Shown in pieces: positions 8,189 to 17,670 of a stretch of 64,000 bases of DNA. The notes beneath the pieces are model-generated. The model was not told the DNA's origin and made no database searches. It saw only the letters and a list, made by a program, of their open reading frames with translations. The number at the start of each line of letters is the position of its first letter. The stretch's first letter is position 1. Source of the DNA: an uncultured bacterium (GTDB taxonomy: Bacteria; Babelota; Babeliae; Babelales; Vermiphilaceae). The translations under genes were made by a program, and so were the position numbers. The DNA lies in contig OY968764.1 of NCBI GenBank assembly GCA_963695335.1, positions 1,243,895 to 1,307,894 on the forward strand. The letters run 5' to 3'.

Positions 8189-10030
8189 ATGGAACAAACC
8201 AGAAGCAAAATTAATACCGCCATCCTTCGATACATTTTTGAAGACAAAAACACTCAGGACGAGCGGAAAGAAAAAACACACAACCGCACGCTCCTGCAAA
8301 GGAAAATGTATCGAAGGGTTGCGGCTCTCTTATTTACCGCAACACTGTGCCATGCCACTGATCAACTGACGTTCCAAGCAATTGAAAGTTATCTCAAAAA
8401 ACCGCAACCTCACTCATATGTTGATTACCAATCATTTGAAGCGCTGTGCAAACATGCAAACGGTCTTTTTACCGCAGAACAGTATGAAGAAGCGATCGCA
8501 TTTTACAAACAAGCACTTGCACTCAACCCAACATGCGCGCAGATCTTTTTTAATCTTGGACAAGCACTGTATCACGCAAAAAAATATTCTGAAGCATTAT
8601 ATGCATACAAAAAAACTGTTCAACACAAAAAAGATCATTACCGTGCATATGTTCAGATTGGCAAAGTAATGATGGATGTAAAACAGACAAAAGATGCCAT
8701 TGAACCACTTAAACAATCTCTTATTCTTGAACCAAATAATCCTGATGCACGATTATTACTTTCAAAAGCATATAGCGAAAATAACCGCTTTGATGATTCA
8801 ATCAAAACTATCGTAGAAGGACTTAGGCTTGAACCTGGTCACATTAATATGACATTTGAACTTGGCAATATTTATAACACTGTCAACCGTCTTGATGAAT
8901 CGCTTGAAATATATAAAGCTCTTGATCGCTTATTACCAAATAACCCATCAATTTTATACAACATTGCATTTACATATAAAAAACTGGGAGATTTACCAAC
9001 ATCTCTTCCCTATTACAATCAAGTGCTTGAACTTGAGCCTAATCATTCAGAAGCACTCTTCAGCCGTGGTCTTGCATATCTTGTAATTGGTGATTTTGAA
9101 CGCGGATGGCATGGATATGAATGGCGCTATAGTCGTCCTTCTCAAGGCTCGTTACGCAGTTATAATGAACCGCGTTGGGATGGCTCTGATTTAAATGGAA
9201 AAACAATTCTCATTCATGCAGAACAAGGACTTGGCGATACATTCCAATTTATTCGTTACGCAAAACTGATTAAAGAAAAAAATGGCACAGTAATTGTTGC
9301 AGTACAAAAACCACTCGTCACACTCATGAAACGTTGCAAAGGAGTTGATCAGGTTATTTCACTTGATGATACTCCTCCACATTTTGATGTCCATTCTCCA
9401 ATGTTATCCTTACCATATGTTATGAAAACTCGTATTGACACTGTCCCAAATGAAATTCCATACATTCATACTGATGAAAAACTTGTTGCAGAATGGAAAG
9501 AAAAATTAGCAGCAGATAAAAACTTTAAAATTGGTATCTGTTGGCAAGGAAATGATAATTATGCAACACCACTACTCCGAACAACCGTTGCACAAAAATC
9601 AGTGCATCCAAAAGAATTTGAACCGATTTGCTCTGTACCTGGAGTCAGTATCTACAGCTTGCAAAAAATGACTGGGACTGATCAGCTCAAAGAAATTCCA
9701 AGTAGTATGCACATCAAAACATTTGATGGTGATTTTGATCAAAGCCATGGGCGTTTTATGGATACTGCTGCGGTTATTAGAAATCTTGATCTTGTTATCA
9801 CGGTTGATACATCAATCAGCCATCTTGCGAGTGGCCTTGGCACACCAACATGGATTTTATTACCAAACCCTGCTGATTGGCGCTGGATGATTGACCGCAA
9901 CGATTCTCCTTGGTATCCACAGGTTACTCGTTTATTTAAACAACCAACACCTGGTGATTGGAAATCTATGATTTGCGAAGTTGCGGATGAACTTAAAAAA
10001 CATATAGGGAAAAATAATGAAAAAAAATAA
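8189..10030 (+). CDS. TPR-repeat protein with a C-terminal glycosyltransferase family 9-like (heptosyltransferase-like) domain
   Basis: About 7 TPRs (AIAFYKQALALNP, ALYAYKKTV, SLEIYKALDRLLPNNP and others), then GLGDTFQFIRY..KIGICWQGN..FMDTAAVIRNLDLVITVDTSISHLASGLGTPTWILLP..DWRWM..SPWYP. The likely true start is ATG 8306 (MYRRVAALLF), since the upstream part is repeat-derived. Confidence 0.75.
   Translation: MEQTRSKINTAILRYIFEDKNTQDERKEKTHNRTLLQRKMYRRVAALLFTATLCHATDQLTFQAIESYLKKPQPHSYVDYQSFEALCKHANGLFTAEQYEEAIAFYKQALALNPTCAQIFFNLGQALYHAKKYSEALYAYKKTVQHKKDHYRAYVQIGKVMMDVKQTKDAIEPLKQSLILEPNNPDARLLLSKAYSENNRFDDSIKTIVEGLRLEPGHINMTFELGNIYNTVNRLDESLEIYKALDRLLPNNPSILYNIAFTYKKLGDLPTSLPYYNQVLELEPNHSEALFSRGLAYLVIGDFERGWHGYEWRYSRPSQGSLRSYNEPRWDGSDLNGKTILIHAEQGLGDTFQFIRYAKLIKEKNGTVIVAVQKPLVTLMKRCKGVDQVISLDDTPPHFDVHSPMLSLPYVMKTRIDTVPNEIPYIHTDEKLVAEWKEKLAADKNFKIGICWQGNDNYATPLLRTTVAQKSVHPKEFEPICSVPGVSIYSLQKMTGTDQLKEIPSSMHIKTFDGDFDQSHGRFMDTAAVIRNLDLVITVDTSISHLASGLGTPTWILLPNPADWRWMIDRNDSPWYPQVTRLFKQPTPGDWKSMICEVADELKKHIGKNNEKK
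8224..8266. repeat. palindromic element, family A
   Basis: ccttcgatacatttttgaagacaaaaacactcaggacgagcgg. A partial inverted terminus aaaatgtatcgaaggg lies at 8303-8317. Confidence 0.8.
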
Positions 10031-11423
10031 CTCATTAATTTCGTTCGTATGGTTCGACAGGCTCACCACGAACGGAGGAAACAAATCTTTATTCCCGTTC
10101 GTACTGAGCTTGTCGAAGTATACGAACACATTATTATTAATCTTGTCCATCTCCACCGCAACATACTCAACCCCTTCCATTGAAACCGCAATAGAATACC
10201 AACAAAACGAAGATTTCCCACAAGCCATTTCTGCATTTGAAGAAATAGTATGTAACGAGCCGTATAATCTATCCGCATTCTTTAGTCTTGGTTGTTGCTA
10301 TCTTGCTCTTGGACAATACAACAAAGCTCTCACCGCTTTTGATACTATTCTTGCATATAGCCCGCACACATTACCTGCACTGTATAACAAAGCATTTACC
10401 TATAAAACAATGGGTGATCTTGATACAGCAATCGCATTATATAAACAGGTTATTGCAATTGATCCAGATTATGAACCAGCACACTTGGGTCTTGGATTTG
10501 CATACATAACCAATGGTGATTTTGAAAATGGTTGGAAACAGCACGAACGTTATTTAAAACAGAGTGGAAAAAATGGTGATGCATTACGCAAACTATTACA
10601 AGACAATACAATTGCACACAAAACCATTGTTCTTCGCCCAGAAGGTGGCCTTGGTGATACACTCAATTTTATTCGTTATGCAGAAATCCTCAAAGATATG
10701 CAAACGAATGTGATTGTTGCATGCCAAAAACCATTGATCCCATTACTTTCTCGTTGCCCATTTATTGATCAACTCATACCATGTGGGGCACAAACACCAG
10801 AATATAATGCTGACGCAACACTCATGAGTTTACCTGCAATTTTTAATGATAGTGATCAAACTGCACCACAAAACATTCCATATCTTTTTGCAGATCCAGC
10901 ACTTGTTACATACTGGCAAGAACGCCTTGCACATGACACCAACTTTAAAATTGGTATCTGTTGGCAAGCTGATTTTAATAATGATAAACCATCAAAATTG
11001 CCAATTGCTCGCCGTGGAGTTCCTCTCCAAAACTTTGCATCATTAGCAGCAATTGATGGTGTTAGTTTGTATAGTTTACAAAAATATGATGGTACTGAAC
11101 AACTTGCTACATCCAATTTTGCAATTATCACATTTAATAATCTTGATGAATATACCGGACCATTTATGGATACCGCTGCAATCATCAAGAATCTCGATTT
11201 AATTATTACTGTTGACACTGCAATGGTACATCTTGCTGGTGGACTTGGTGCAAATGTTTGGTTATTGCATCCTTATGCAACTGCTGACTGGCGCTGGATT
11301 TGCCACCGTGATGATTCTTACTGGTATCCAAATCTACGTATTTTTAAACAACAAAAACCGTTTGATTATGATGGGGTTATTGAACAAGTGCATCTTGCAT
11401 TGCAACAATTAATATTGAGTTAA
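10017..11423 (+). CDS. TPR-repeat protein with a GT9-like domain (paralog of 8189..10030)
   Basis: GLGDTLNFIRY, KIGICWQAD, FMDTAAIIKNLDLIITVDTAMVHLAGGLGANVWLL, DWRWI and SYWYP. Codons ~8-36 are a translated palindromic element. Confidence 0.75.
   Translation: MKKNNSLISFVWFDRLTTNGGNKSLFPFVLSLSKYTNTLLLILSISTATYSTPSIETAIEYQQNEDFPQAISAFEEIVCNEPYNLSAFFSLGCCYLALGQYNKALTAFDTILAYSPHTLPALYNKAFTYKTMGDLDTAIALYKQVIAIDPDYEPAHLGLGFAYITNGDFENGWKQHERYLKQSGKNGDALRKLLQDNTIAHKTIVLRPEGGLGDTLNFIRYAEILKDMQTNVIVACQKPLIPLLSRCPFIDQLIPCGAQTPEYNADATLMSLPAIFNDSDQTAPQNIPYLFADPALVTYWQERLAHDTNFKIGICWQADFNNDKPSKLPIARRGVPLQNFASLAAIDGVSLYSLQKYDGTEQLATSNFAIITFNNLDEYTGPFMDTAAIIKNLDLIITVDTAMVHLAGGLGANVWLLHPYATADWRWICHRDDSYWYPNLRIFKQQKPFDYDGVIEQVHLALQQLILS
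10043..10127. repeat. palindromic element, family B' dimer, lying inside the 5' coding end
   Basis: gttcgtatggttcgacaggctcaccacgaacgg..ccgttcgtactgagcttgtcgaagtatacgaac. Same architecture as 56965-57050. Confidence 0.85.
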
Positions 11424-11453
11424 ATACAGAGATTAAACATTTAACTATTCACT

Positions 11454-11506
11454 CCGCTCGCCCTGAGTGTTCTACAAAGTGAAACGTAGTAGAATGTATC
11501 GAAGGG
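11454..11506. repeat. palindromic element, family A
   Basis: ccgctcgccctgagtgttctacaaagtgaaacgtagtagaatgtatcgaaggg. Confidence 0.85.
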
Positions 11507-11547
11507 TGCAATATAAAATAGACTTAATACTATTAATTTTCCGCATA

Positions 11548-11592
11548 CCCTTCGATACATTTTTGCTTCGCAAAAACACTCAGGGCGAGCGG
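11548..11592. repeat. palindromic element, family A (opposite orientation)
   Basis: cccttcgatacatttttgcttcgcaaaaacactcagggcgagcgg. Confidence 0.85.
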
Positions 11593-11610
11593 AATAAAGC
11601 GATTAAGCGT

Positions 11611-11639
11611 AAAAGAAGGGGCTTTCGCAAACCCCTTCT
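11611..11639 (-). terminator. terminator candidate for 11660..12184
   Basis: Stem agaagggg/ccccttct with loop ctttcgcaaa. There is only a short T-run on the minus strand. Confidence 0.4.
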
Positions 11640-11659
11640 CTATTCTTCTTCAAAAACTT

Positions 11660-12184
11660 CTACTTCTTACTCTCCAAATATGGAATCACAACATTATTCA
11701 TCAGATACAGAGTAGCAATCGTCAGCATCTCTGGATGCGTAGCAATGTCCACACTTTTTGTCACAACCGGAGCAACCACAACCTTAACCGCGTCTGGCAA
11801 TTGATCACATGCAGTAACCAAAGGATTCAGTGAATAACCATTTGCATTTAATACACTCCCAGCTTCACGAATAAGACAATTCACCACAAAATGTTCGCCC
11901 GCTTCTTTGTAATCCAACTTAGATAAATCTGCCTGACATGAACCAATTGCATATCCTGCTGTTTCTAAAGCTGATTTAAGTGCAATGTTATCCGCAGCAC
12001 ACAGCGATGTATTATTTGCAAGAAGTGTTCCTCCAATAACATAAACTCCATGCGTTTTGGTATCAGCGACACTCAAAGCTTTTTTCAATTGTTGACTTAC
12101 AGCACTTTCACTCGCTTGTGCATGATAAGTAAACACAAACAGTGATAGCACTACAACATGAACTGTAGTACAAAATTTATTCAT
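11660..12184 (-). CDS. secreted protein of unknown function (paralog of the next gene)
   Basis: Signal peptide (VHVVVLSLFVFTYHAQA). C-terminus ATHPEMLTIATLYLMNNVVIP parallels VTHPEVLTYVVLNVVVP of 12268..12762. Confidence 0.55.
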   Translation of the reverse strand: MNKFCTTVHVVVLSLFVFTYHAQASESAVSQQLKKALSVADTKTHGVYVIGGTLLANNTSLCAADNIALKSALETAGYAIGSCQADLSKLDYKEAGEHFVVNCLIREAGSVLNANGYSLNPLVTACDQLPDAVKVVVAPVVTKSVDIATHPEMLTIATLYLMNNVVIPYLESKK

Positions 12185-12267
12185 AATAAAAATCCTTTTT
12201 TTTAAAAACAGATCAAAAAAAAGAGAGGTTTTTTTACAACCCCTCTTATATAAAATCAGTAATAAAA

Positions 12268-12762
12268 TTAGTTAGTTTTATTAGTAGATTGACCCAAAGC
12301 CATAGGTACCACTACATTCAATACTACATAAGTTAATACTTCAGGATGAGTAACTGCTTCTGCTACGCCTTCTACAACTGGTTGCACAAAATCATGCGCC
12401 ATGCCTGCAGGCAATACATCTAATTTTTTAACTAACGCATCACGATATCCATTCAAACCAATTGCATCACTACCTTTGCGGATTGCATAATCAACAACAA
12501 GGCGTTCTGCAAATTGAGCAGAATCAAGCTTTTTCTTATCATGATCCCATGCATGTGATGCTGAACAAACCGTTGCTTTGATAAAATGATCATTTTTACC
12601 ATATATTTTATCTGCAAACATAGCTGATCCAATAGCTTGTTGATTTTTGCCAACTAAATCAACTAATTTATTGGTAAAAAGAGGACATACTGCTGATGCA
12701 TTTACTGCTAATAAAGCAGCAGGAAGAACGAGAACACGAGAGAGCTTTTTCATAAGAGACAC
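12268..12762 (-). CDS. secreted protein of unknown function (paralog)
   Basis: Signal peptide LVLPAALLAVNASA. Shares a C-terminal motif with 11660..12184. Confidence 0.55.
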   Translation of the reverse strand: MSLMKKLSRVLVLPAALLAVNASAVCPLFTNKLVDLVGKNQQAIGSAMFADKIYGKNDHFIKATVCSASHAWDHDKKKLDSAQFAERLVVDYAIRKGSDAIGLNGYRDALVKKLDVLPAGMAHDFVQPVVEGVAEAVTHPEVLTYVVLNVVVPMALGQSTNKTN

Positions 12763-12923
12763 CTTTTTTTTTTGAGAAATTATAATTCACCGCCATAATC
12801 TATATCGAGATGGCAGAAAGATCAACATAAAGTTTTCAGAACTCGTCTACTCCTTTACTTTATTTTTATTTTTTTGTACGACTAACTCTAAAAAAAGAGT
12901 TACATGATTAATTAAGGAGAGTC

Positions 12924-13397
12924 ATGAAGCGTACACGTATATATTACCCATATATTGCATTACTTATTACCATACTATTATCCACCTGCCAAGCATATTG
13001 CAACAAAATTTGTGCAGAAATTTCTTGCGGCGAACTTATCGATAAAATTACCATTCTTAAAATCAAATCAGAACAGATCACTGACCCAGAAAAATTAAAA
13101 AACGTACACACTGAACTTGCAGCATTACAACAAACATGTGATGAATATATTGGTGAGCATGAACAAGTTGAGCGGCTACAAAAACTTTTACAAGAAATAA
13201 ATCAAGCGTTGTGGGATATTGAAGATGCTATTCGTGTTAAAGAACGCAAAAAAGAGTTCGATGCTGAATTTATTGAAATTGCACGCAATGTTTATGTGAC
13301 TAATGATAAACGTTGTATGATTAAAAAAGAGATTGATAAAGTGCTTGGGTCGAGGATTACTGAAGAAAAGTCGTATGAGGAATTTGCGACAAAATAA
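12924..13397 (+). CDS. conserved helical protein, probably the DUF6165-type family seen in polysaccharide/glycosylation loci
   Basis: ISCGELIDKITILKIKSEQI..LWDIEDAIRVKERKKEFDAEFIEIARNVYVTNDKRCMIKKEIDKVLGSRITEEKSY matches my recollection of that family. The family name is unverified. Confidence 0.5.
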   Translation: MKRTRIYYPYIALLITILLSTCQAYCNKICAEISCGELIDKITILKIKSEQITDPEKLKNVHTELAALQQTCDEYIGEHEQVERLQKLLQEINQALWDIEDAIRVKERKKEFDAEFIEIARNVYVTNDKRCMIKKEIDKVLGSRITEEKSYEEFATK

Positions 13398-13404
13398 ACC
13401 CGCA

Positions 13405-13457
13405 CCTTTCGATACATTCTACTACGTTACACTTCGTAGAACACTCAAGGCGAGCGG
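13405..13457. repeat. palindromic element, family A
   Basis: cctttcgatacattctactacgttacacttcgtagaacactcaaggcgagcgg. Confidence 0.85.
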
Positions 13458-13472
13458 GTTAAATTCTTTCTT

Positions 13473-13518
13473 CCGTTCGCCCTGAGTGTTTTTTGTCTTC
13501 AAAAAATGTATCGAAGGG
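13473..13518. repeat. palindromic element, family A (opposite orientation)
   Basis: ccgttcgccctgagtgttttttgtcttcaaaaaatgtatcgaaggg. Confidence 0.85.
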
Positions 13519-13564
13519 TGTAAACTTATTAATTATCTTTAATACAACAACAAGGCGAAATATA

Positions 13565-15829
13565 ATGCGTGACACTTTTAATACCTTCCTCCAAAACAAC
13601 CTCAACCCATCACAACAAAAAGCAGTACTCCATGAAGCAGGACCAGTTTTGGTTATTGCAGGCGCAGGTTCAGGTAAAACACGCGTTATTACCGCACGCA
13701 TCACTCATTTGATTGTAAATAAAAACATCAATCCATCATCAATCATAGCACTCACATTCACCAATAAAGCTGCACATGAAATGCGTGAACGTATTGCATC
13801 ATTTTTGGGCAATCAAAGCAATCTCCCTTTTATTGGTACCTTTCACTCGTATTGTGTACAGTTGTTAAAAAGATACCAGGAACATTTACCCAATGAGTTC
13901 TTTTCTATTTTAGATAGTGATGATCAGCAAAAAATGATTCAAGCTATTTTACAACGTAATGGATTGCAAAAACAGTTCACCGCAAAAAATGTTGCATACC
14001 AAATATCGCAAATGAAAAATCATACAGCTGATCCAGCACATCCAGCAACGGAACAGCTAACACATCCCATGCTCACTGAAATTTACAACGCGTATGAAAC
14101 GGAAAAAAGAGCTTCTAAAGCTCTTGATTTTGATGATTTATTACTCGAAACATTACGCCTATTTAAAAAAAATAACATAGTAAAAAACAGATTTCAGGAA
14201 AAAATTCGTCACATTTTGGTTGATGAGTATCAAGACACCAACATTGTCCAACATGAACTGCTCAAAGCAATGGCAATGACTGATAATGTGCTCGCGGTAG
14301 ATTCAGTATGCGCGGTTGGCGATGAAGACCAATCTATCTATTCATGGCGTGGTGCTAATGCAAGTAACATGGCACACTTTAAAAAAGTTTTTCACGATAC
14401 TACCACAATCACCATTGAGCAAAATTATCGCTCCGTACAACAGATATTAACGATTGCAAACCACACCATACAAAACAATAGTGAACGAACTCCAAAAAAG
14501 TTGTGGTCAGAAAAAAAAGGTAACAACCGCGTTTACAAAATGCTCTGCTTATCCGAGTATCAAGAAGCACGTTCTATTGCACAACTATTGCTTGTTGCAA
14601 AATCAAAGTATGGCCTTAACAACATTGGCATATTGTATCGCACACACACACAATCACGGGCGATTGAAGAAGCATTACTTAAAGATTCAATTCCGTACCG
14701 CATTATCGGCGGTATTCAATTTTATGAACGCAAAGAAATTAAAGATTTACTCGCGTATCTCAAAATTATTGCAAATCCCTTTGATCGCACCTCTTTTTTC
14801 CGCATTATCAATATTCCCGCACGTGGATTAGGTGATAAATTTGAAGCACTTTTTTATGCACAGTGGGCACAGCAACCATTTGCAACATGGCGTGACATTA
14901 TCCAACAACTGACAGAAAACAACAGCTTAGGAACAACCAAAGCAGCAATCTTACATGTTTTTGCTGAAATGTTTGATGGTATTGAACCAACAACAGCACC
15001 AAGCAAAGCAGTTGAACAGATTATTTTTCATACAAAATATTTAACATATATCAAAAACAACGAAGAACCAGCTGAAGCCCAGATACGTCTTGATAACATT
15101 AAAGAGCTTTTAGATGCGCTTGATCATTTTGAAAAAAATGGCACAAAAACAATCACTGCCTTTCTTGATGAAGTTGCACTCATGCAAGATCAAATGAATA
15201 AACAAAATAGAGACAAACATGCAGTTTCTTTAATGACACTCCATGCTGCAAAAGGTTTAGAATTTGATTTGGTTATTTTACCAGGAATAGAAGAAAGCAT
15301 TATTCCCACAACACGCTCACTCATGTCCAACAATGCGCTTGAAGAAGAACGACGTCTTTTTTACGTTGGCATCACTCGCGCACGTGAACACTTAATGATC
15401 TCTTACGTAAAACACCGCTATTCATATGGCCAAATGGTTGACCAATTCCCTTCACGTTTTTTACGTGAAATACCTAACAATTTATTACCACTCGAAGATT
15501 GTTCATACTGGAATGCAACACAATCACATCAATTCTTTTCTGATTGGCTAGGGGTGCAAGGTAAAATTTCTGATGTTTATATCCCTCACACGTATACTGC
15601 AGCTACGCAAAAACCAACTCCAGTCAAAAAACAACAATCGACTGAAAACCATAAAACTTCAGCTGTTTCTAACTCAACCTGGAAAAAAAACCAACCCGTC
15701 AAACATGCAAAATATGGAATTGGTACCATTCAAGATGTTGAAGAAAAAACAAATGGCGACATACATTTATCAATTCAATTTAAGATTGGTTTAAAGAAAA
15801 TTGTTGCGCAATTTGTGCAAAAAATATAA
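13565..15829 (+). CDS. pcrA: ATP-dependent DNA helicase, UvrD/PcrA family
   Basis: LNPSQQKAV, AGAGSGKTRVI, LTFTNKAA, VDEYQDTN, QNYRS, MTLHAAKGLEF, LFYVGITRA and a C-terminal Tudor-like KHAKYGIGTI. Start placed at ATG 13565, because the ORF-track extension from 13493 is repeat sequence. Confidence 0.9.
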   Translation: MRDTFNTFLQNNLNPSQQKAVLHEAGPVLVIAGAGSGKTRVITARITHLIVNKNINPSSIIALTFTNKAAHEMRERIASFLGNQSNLPFIGTFHSYCVQLLKRYQEHLPNEFFSILDSDDQQKMIQAILQRNGLQKQFTAKNVAYQISQMKNHTADPAHPATEQLTHPMLTEIYNAYETEKRASKALDFDDLLLETLRLFKKNNIVKNRFQEKIRHILVDEYQDTNIVQHELLKAMAMTDNVLAVDSVCAVGDEDQSIYSWRGANASNMAHFKKVFHDTTTITIEQNYRSVQQILTIANHTIQNNSERTPKKLWSEKKGNNRVYKMLCLSEYQEARSIAQLLLVAKSKYGLNNIGILYRTHTQSRAIEEALLKDSIPYRIIGGIQFYERKEIKDLLAYLKIIANPFDRTSFFRIINIPARGLGDKFEALFYAQWAQQPFATWRDIIQQLTENNSLGTTKAAILHVFAEMFDGIEPTTAPSKAVEQIIFHTKYLTYIKNNEEPAEAQIRLDNIKELLDALDHFEKNGTKTITAFLDEVALMQDQMNKQNRDKHAVSLMTLHAAKGLEFDLVILPGIEESIIPTTRSLMSNNALEEERRLFYVGITRAREHLMISYVKHRYSYGQMVDQFPSRFLREIPNNLLPLEDCSYWNATQSHQFFSDWLGVQGKISDVYIPHTYTAATQKPTPVKKQQSTENHKTSAVSNSTWKKNQPVKHAKYGIGTIQDVEEKTNGDIHLSIQFKIGLKKIVAQFVQKI

Positions 15830-15839
15830 CACTTACAAC

Positions 15840-16595
15840 ATGAATAAACCAACATTATACCTTGATGTTTGTACCGAATTTTTTGATTTGGATAAGCCAG
15901 TAGCGTCACTGGAAGAATATGCTTTTTTTTATGATTATCTTTCACAAGCACAAGGCCCCATTTTAGAGCCAATGTGCGGCACGGGAAGATATCTCATTCC
16001 ATACCTAGAAGAAGGTTTTAATATAGAAGGTTTTGATGCTTCGCCATTTATGCTCAAAGCATTGCACGATAAATGCGCACAAAAAAGTTTAAATCCACAC
16101 GTATGGGAACAGTTCTTAGAAGATGTACCGACTACCAAACAATACAATCTTATTTTTATTCCTGACAGCTCTTTTTCTTTGTTTGTAGATTACAAACAAA
16201 TTAAAATGTGCTTACAAAAAATATATGAACTTCTGGAAAATGGCGGCACATTTGTTTTTGATGTTGAAACAGTATACGCAATACCCAATAAAGTTGGTGT
16301 ATGGCAAGGAAAAGCGTACAAAAAAACTGACGGCAAAGTTGTTATGTGCAGCACACTGCCACTACCAATAGAAAACAATATTGCAACAGTTATGTGCCGC
16401 TACGAACTGATTGATAAAACAGAGATCATCAAAACAGAAATGGAATACTTTCAGATTAAACTCTATGATCCACATGAAATGGATGCATTACTCAAAGAAG
16501 TTGGGTTTTCTCACATAAAAAAAGTTGCTGCGTATGATCACACAGCAACCCCATCAACATACGACTACACAATTGTATATGAATGCATAAAATAA
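15840..16595 (+). CDS. class I SAM-dependent methyltransferase
   Basis: ILEPMCGTGRYLIPYLEEGFNIEGFDASPFM (motif I/II) and LLENGGTFVFDV. Start chosen at the ATG after the pcrA stop. Confidence 0.8.
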   Translation: MNKPTLYLDVCTEFFDLDKPVASLEEYAFFYDYLSQAQGPILEPMCGTGRYLIPYLEEGFNIEGFDASPFMLKALHDKCAQKSLNPHVWEQFLEDVPTTKQYNLIFIPDSSFSLFVDYKQIKMCLQKIYELLENGGTFVFDVETVYAIPNKVGVWQGKAYKKTDGKVVMCSTLPLPIENNIATVMCRYELIDKTEIIKTEMEYFQIKLYDPHEMDALLKEVGFSHIKKVAAYDHTATPSTYDYTIVYECIK

Positions 16596-16610
16596 AGTAT
16601 ATAACTTATT

Positions 16611-17585
16611 TTATTTCTCTTCATACTTCTTTTTTATTGCTTGCTCAAGAAGATTAATAATCGCATCTTTATCCTCAAATATATTCCAACTTGTTTTTTT
16701 GATATATGCAAGAGGTGTAACCCCATTAAAATTAGTAAGTTCAGGGTCTGCCCCTGCATCAAGAAGAGAATTTATAACATCTGTATCATCACCGACTACT
16801 ACAAGAGCATGCATTAAAGCAGTATTGCCATTAAAATCTTGCTGATTTATATTAAACTTTTTATGAGCAGTAATTAATTTTTGAAAGTCTGAATGTAAAT
16901 CATACGAACATCCCGATTCTGCCGCTACCATAAGTGGTGTTATACCTTCATTATTTGCAAAATTTATATCTGCACCCAAACTAACAAGAAAATCAAAAAG
17001 AGGTATATCAAACCCCTTTGCAGCATACATTAAAACAGTTTTACCAGACTTATAAATAAAATTTATATCCGCTCCCTCTTTGCATAACTGTTGTATTTTG
17101 TCCTTATATTTATTCCACTTATCATCACAAACATATGAATACAATTTTTTTTGCAAACCAAATTGTCGCTGCACTTCTTTTGTTGCTACTGCCTTTGCTG
17201 CTTCTTCATCAGACGTTTTAAATTTCTTGGCGAGAAATCTTACAAGATCAAAACAAAACTGTGATTGATTCATTAAACCATTCAAATCTTTATTTGTTCT
17301 TGCAAGAGCATTAATTGCTTTTCCTGCTTCTTTTAAAGATTCAGCATTACTATACTGACTTAATAAACTAATAATGTGGTGTTGAATTTCTAAAGGTAAT
17401 TCAACAAAATTAAAAGAAGTAGAAGATTCTGATTTAATATATAAAAAAAATTGATCAACAGAACCAAGGATAGAATTTTTTAATACATTCATCCAATCGG
17501 ATGATTCAGGTTCCATACCATGGATAGTAAACAGACTTGTCATCAACATAACTACACTTAATAATGTCCTTTTCACCATCTTCAT
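16611..17585 (-). CDS. leader + F-box-like + ankyrin-repeat protein
   Basis: Leader ..LFTIHGME. ELPLEIQHHIISLLSQY..NKDLNGLM is F-box-like. ANK repeats: GKTVLMYAAKGFDIPLFDFLVSLGADINF, EGITPLMVAA and NGNTALMHAL..LLDAGADPE. Confidence 0.8.
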   Translation of the reverse strand: MKMVKRTLLSVVMLMTSLFTIHGMEPESSDWMNVLKNSILGSVDQFFLYIKSESSTSFNFVELPLEIQHHIISLLSQYSNAESLKEAGKAINALARTNKDLNGLMNQSQFCFDLVRFLAKKFKTSDEEAAKAVATKEVQRQFGLQKKLYSYVCDDKWNKYKDKIQQLCKEGADINFIYKSGKTVLMYAAKGFDIPLFDFLVSLGADINFANNEGITPLMVAAESGCSYDLHSDFQKLITAHKKFNINQQDFNGNTALMHALVVVGDDTDVINSLLDAGADPELTNFNGVTPLAYIKKTSWNIFEDKDAIINLLEQAIKKKYEEK

Positions 17586-17670
17586 TTGATATCCTTACTT
17601 TATACATTTATAGTTAATACTACGATAACAGTAGCAGATCAGATTTCAAATTGTCAATAACTTAAAATAG

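Noticed and set aside
11467-11715. ORFs lying in or across palindromic elements: 11467..11715, 13459..13704, 9932..10228, 53832..54041, 53905..54126, 58909..59157 and 4934..5131.
   Set aside because: Their reading frames are mostly repeat sequence (peptides such as MYRRV, PFVVSLSNH, RGPRFGVKRKLGK). They lack RBS context and overlap better-supported genes or intergenic repeats, so I treat them as repeat-generated artefacts.
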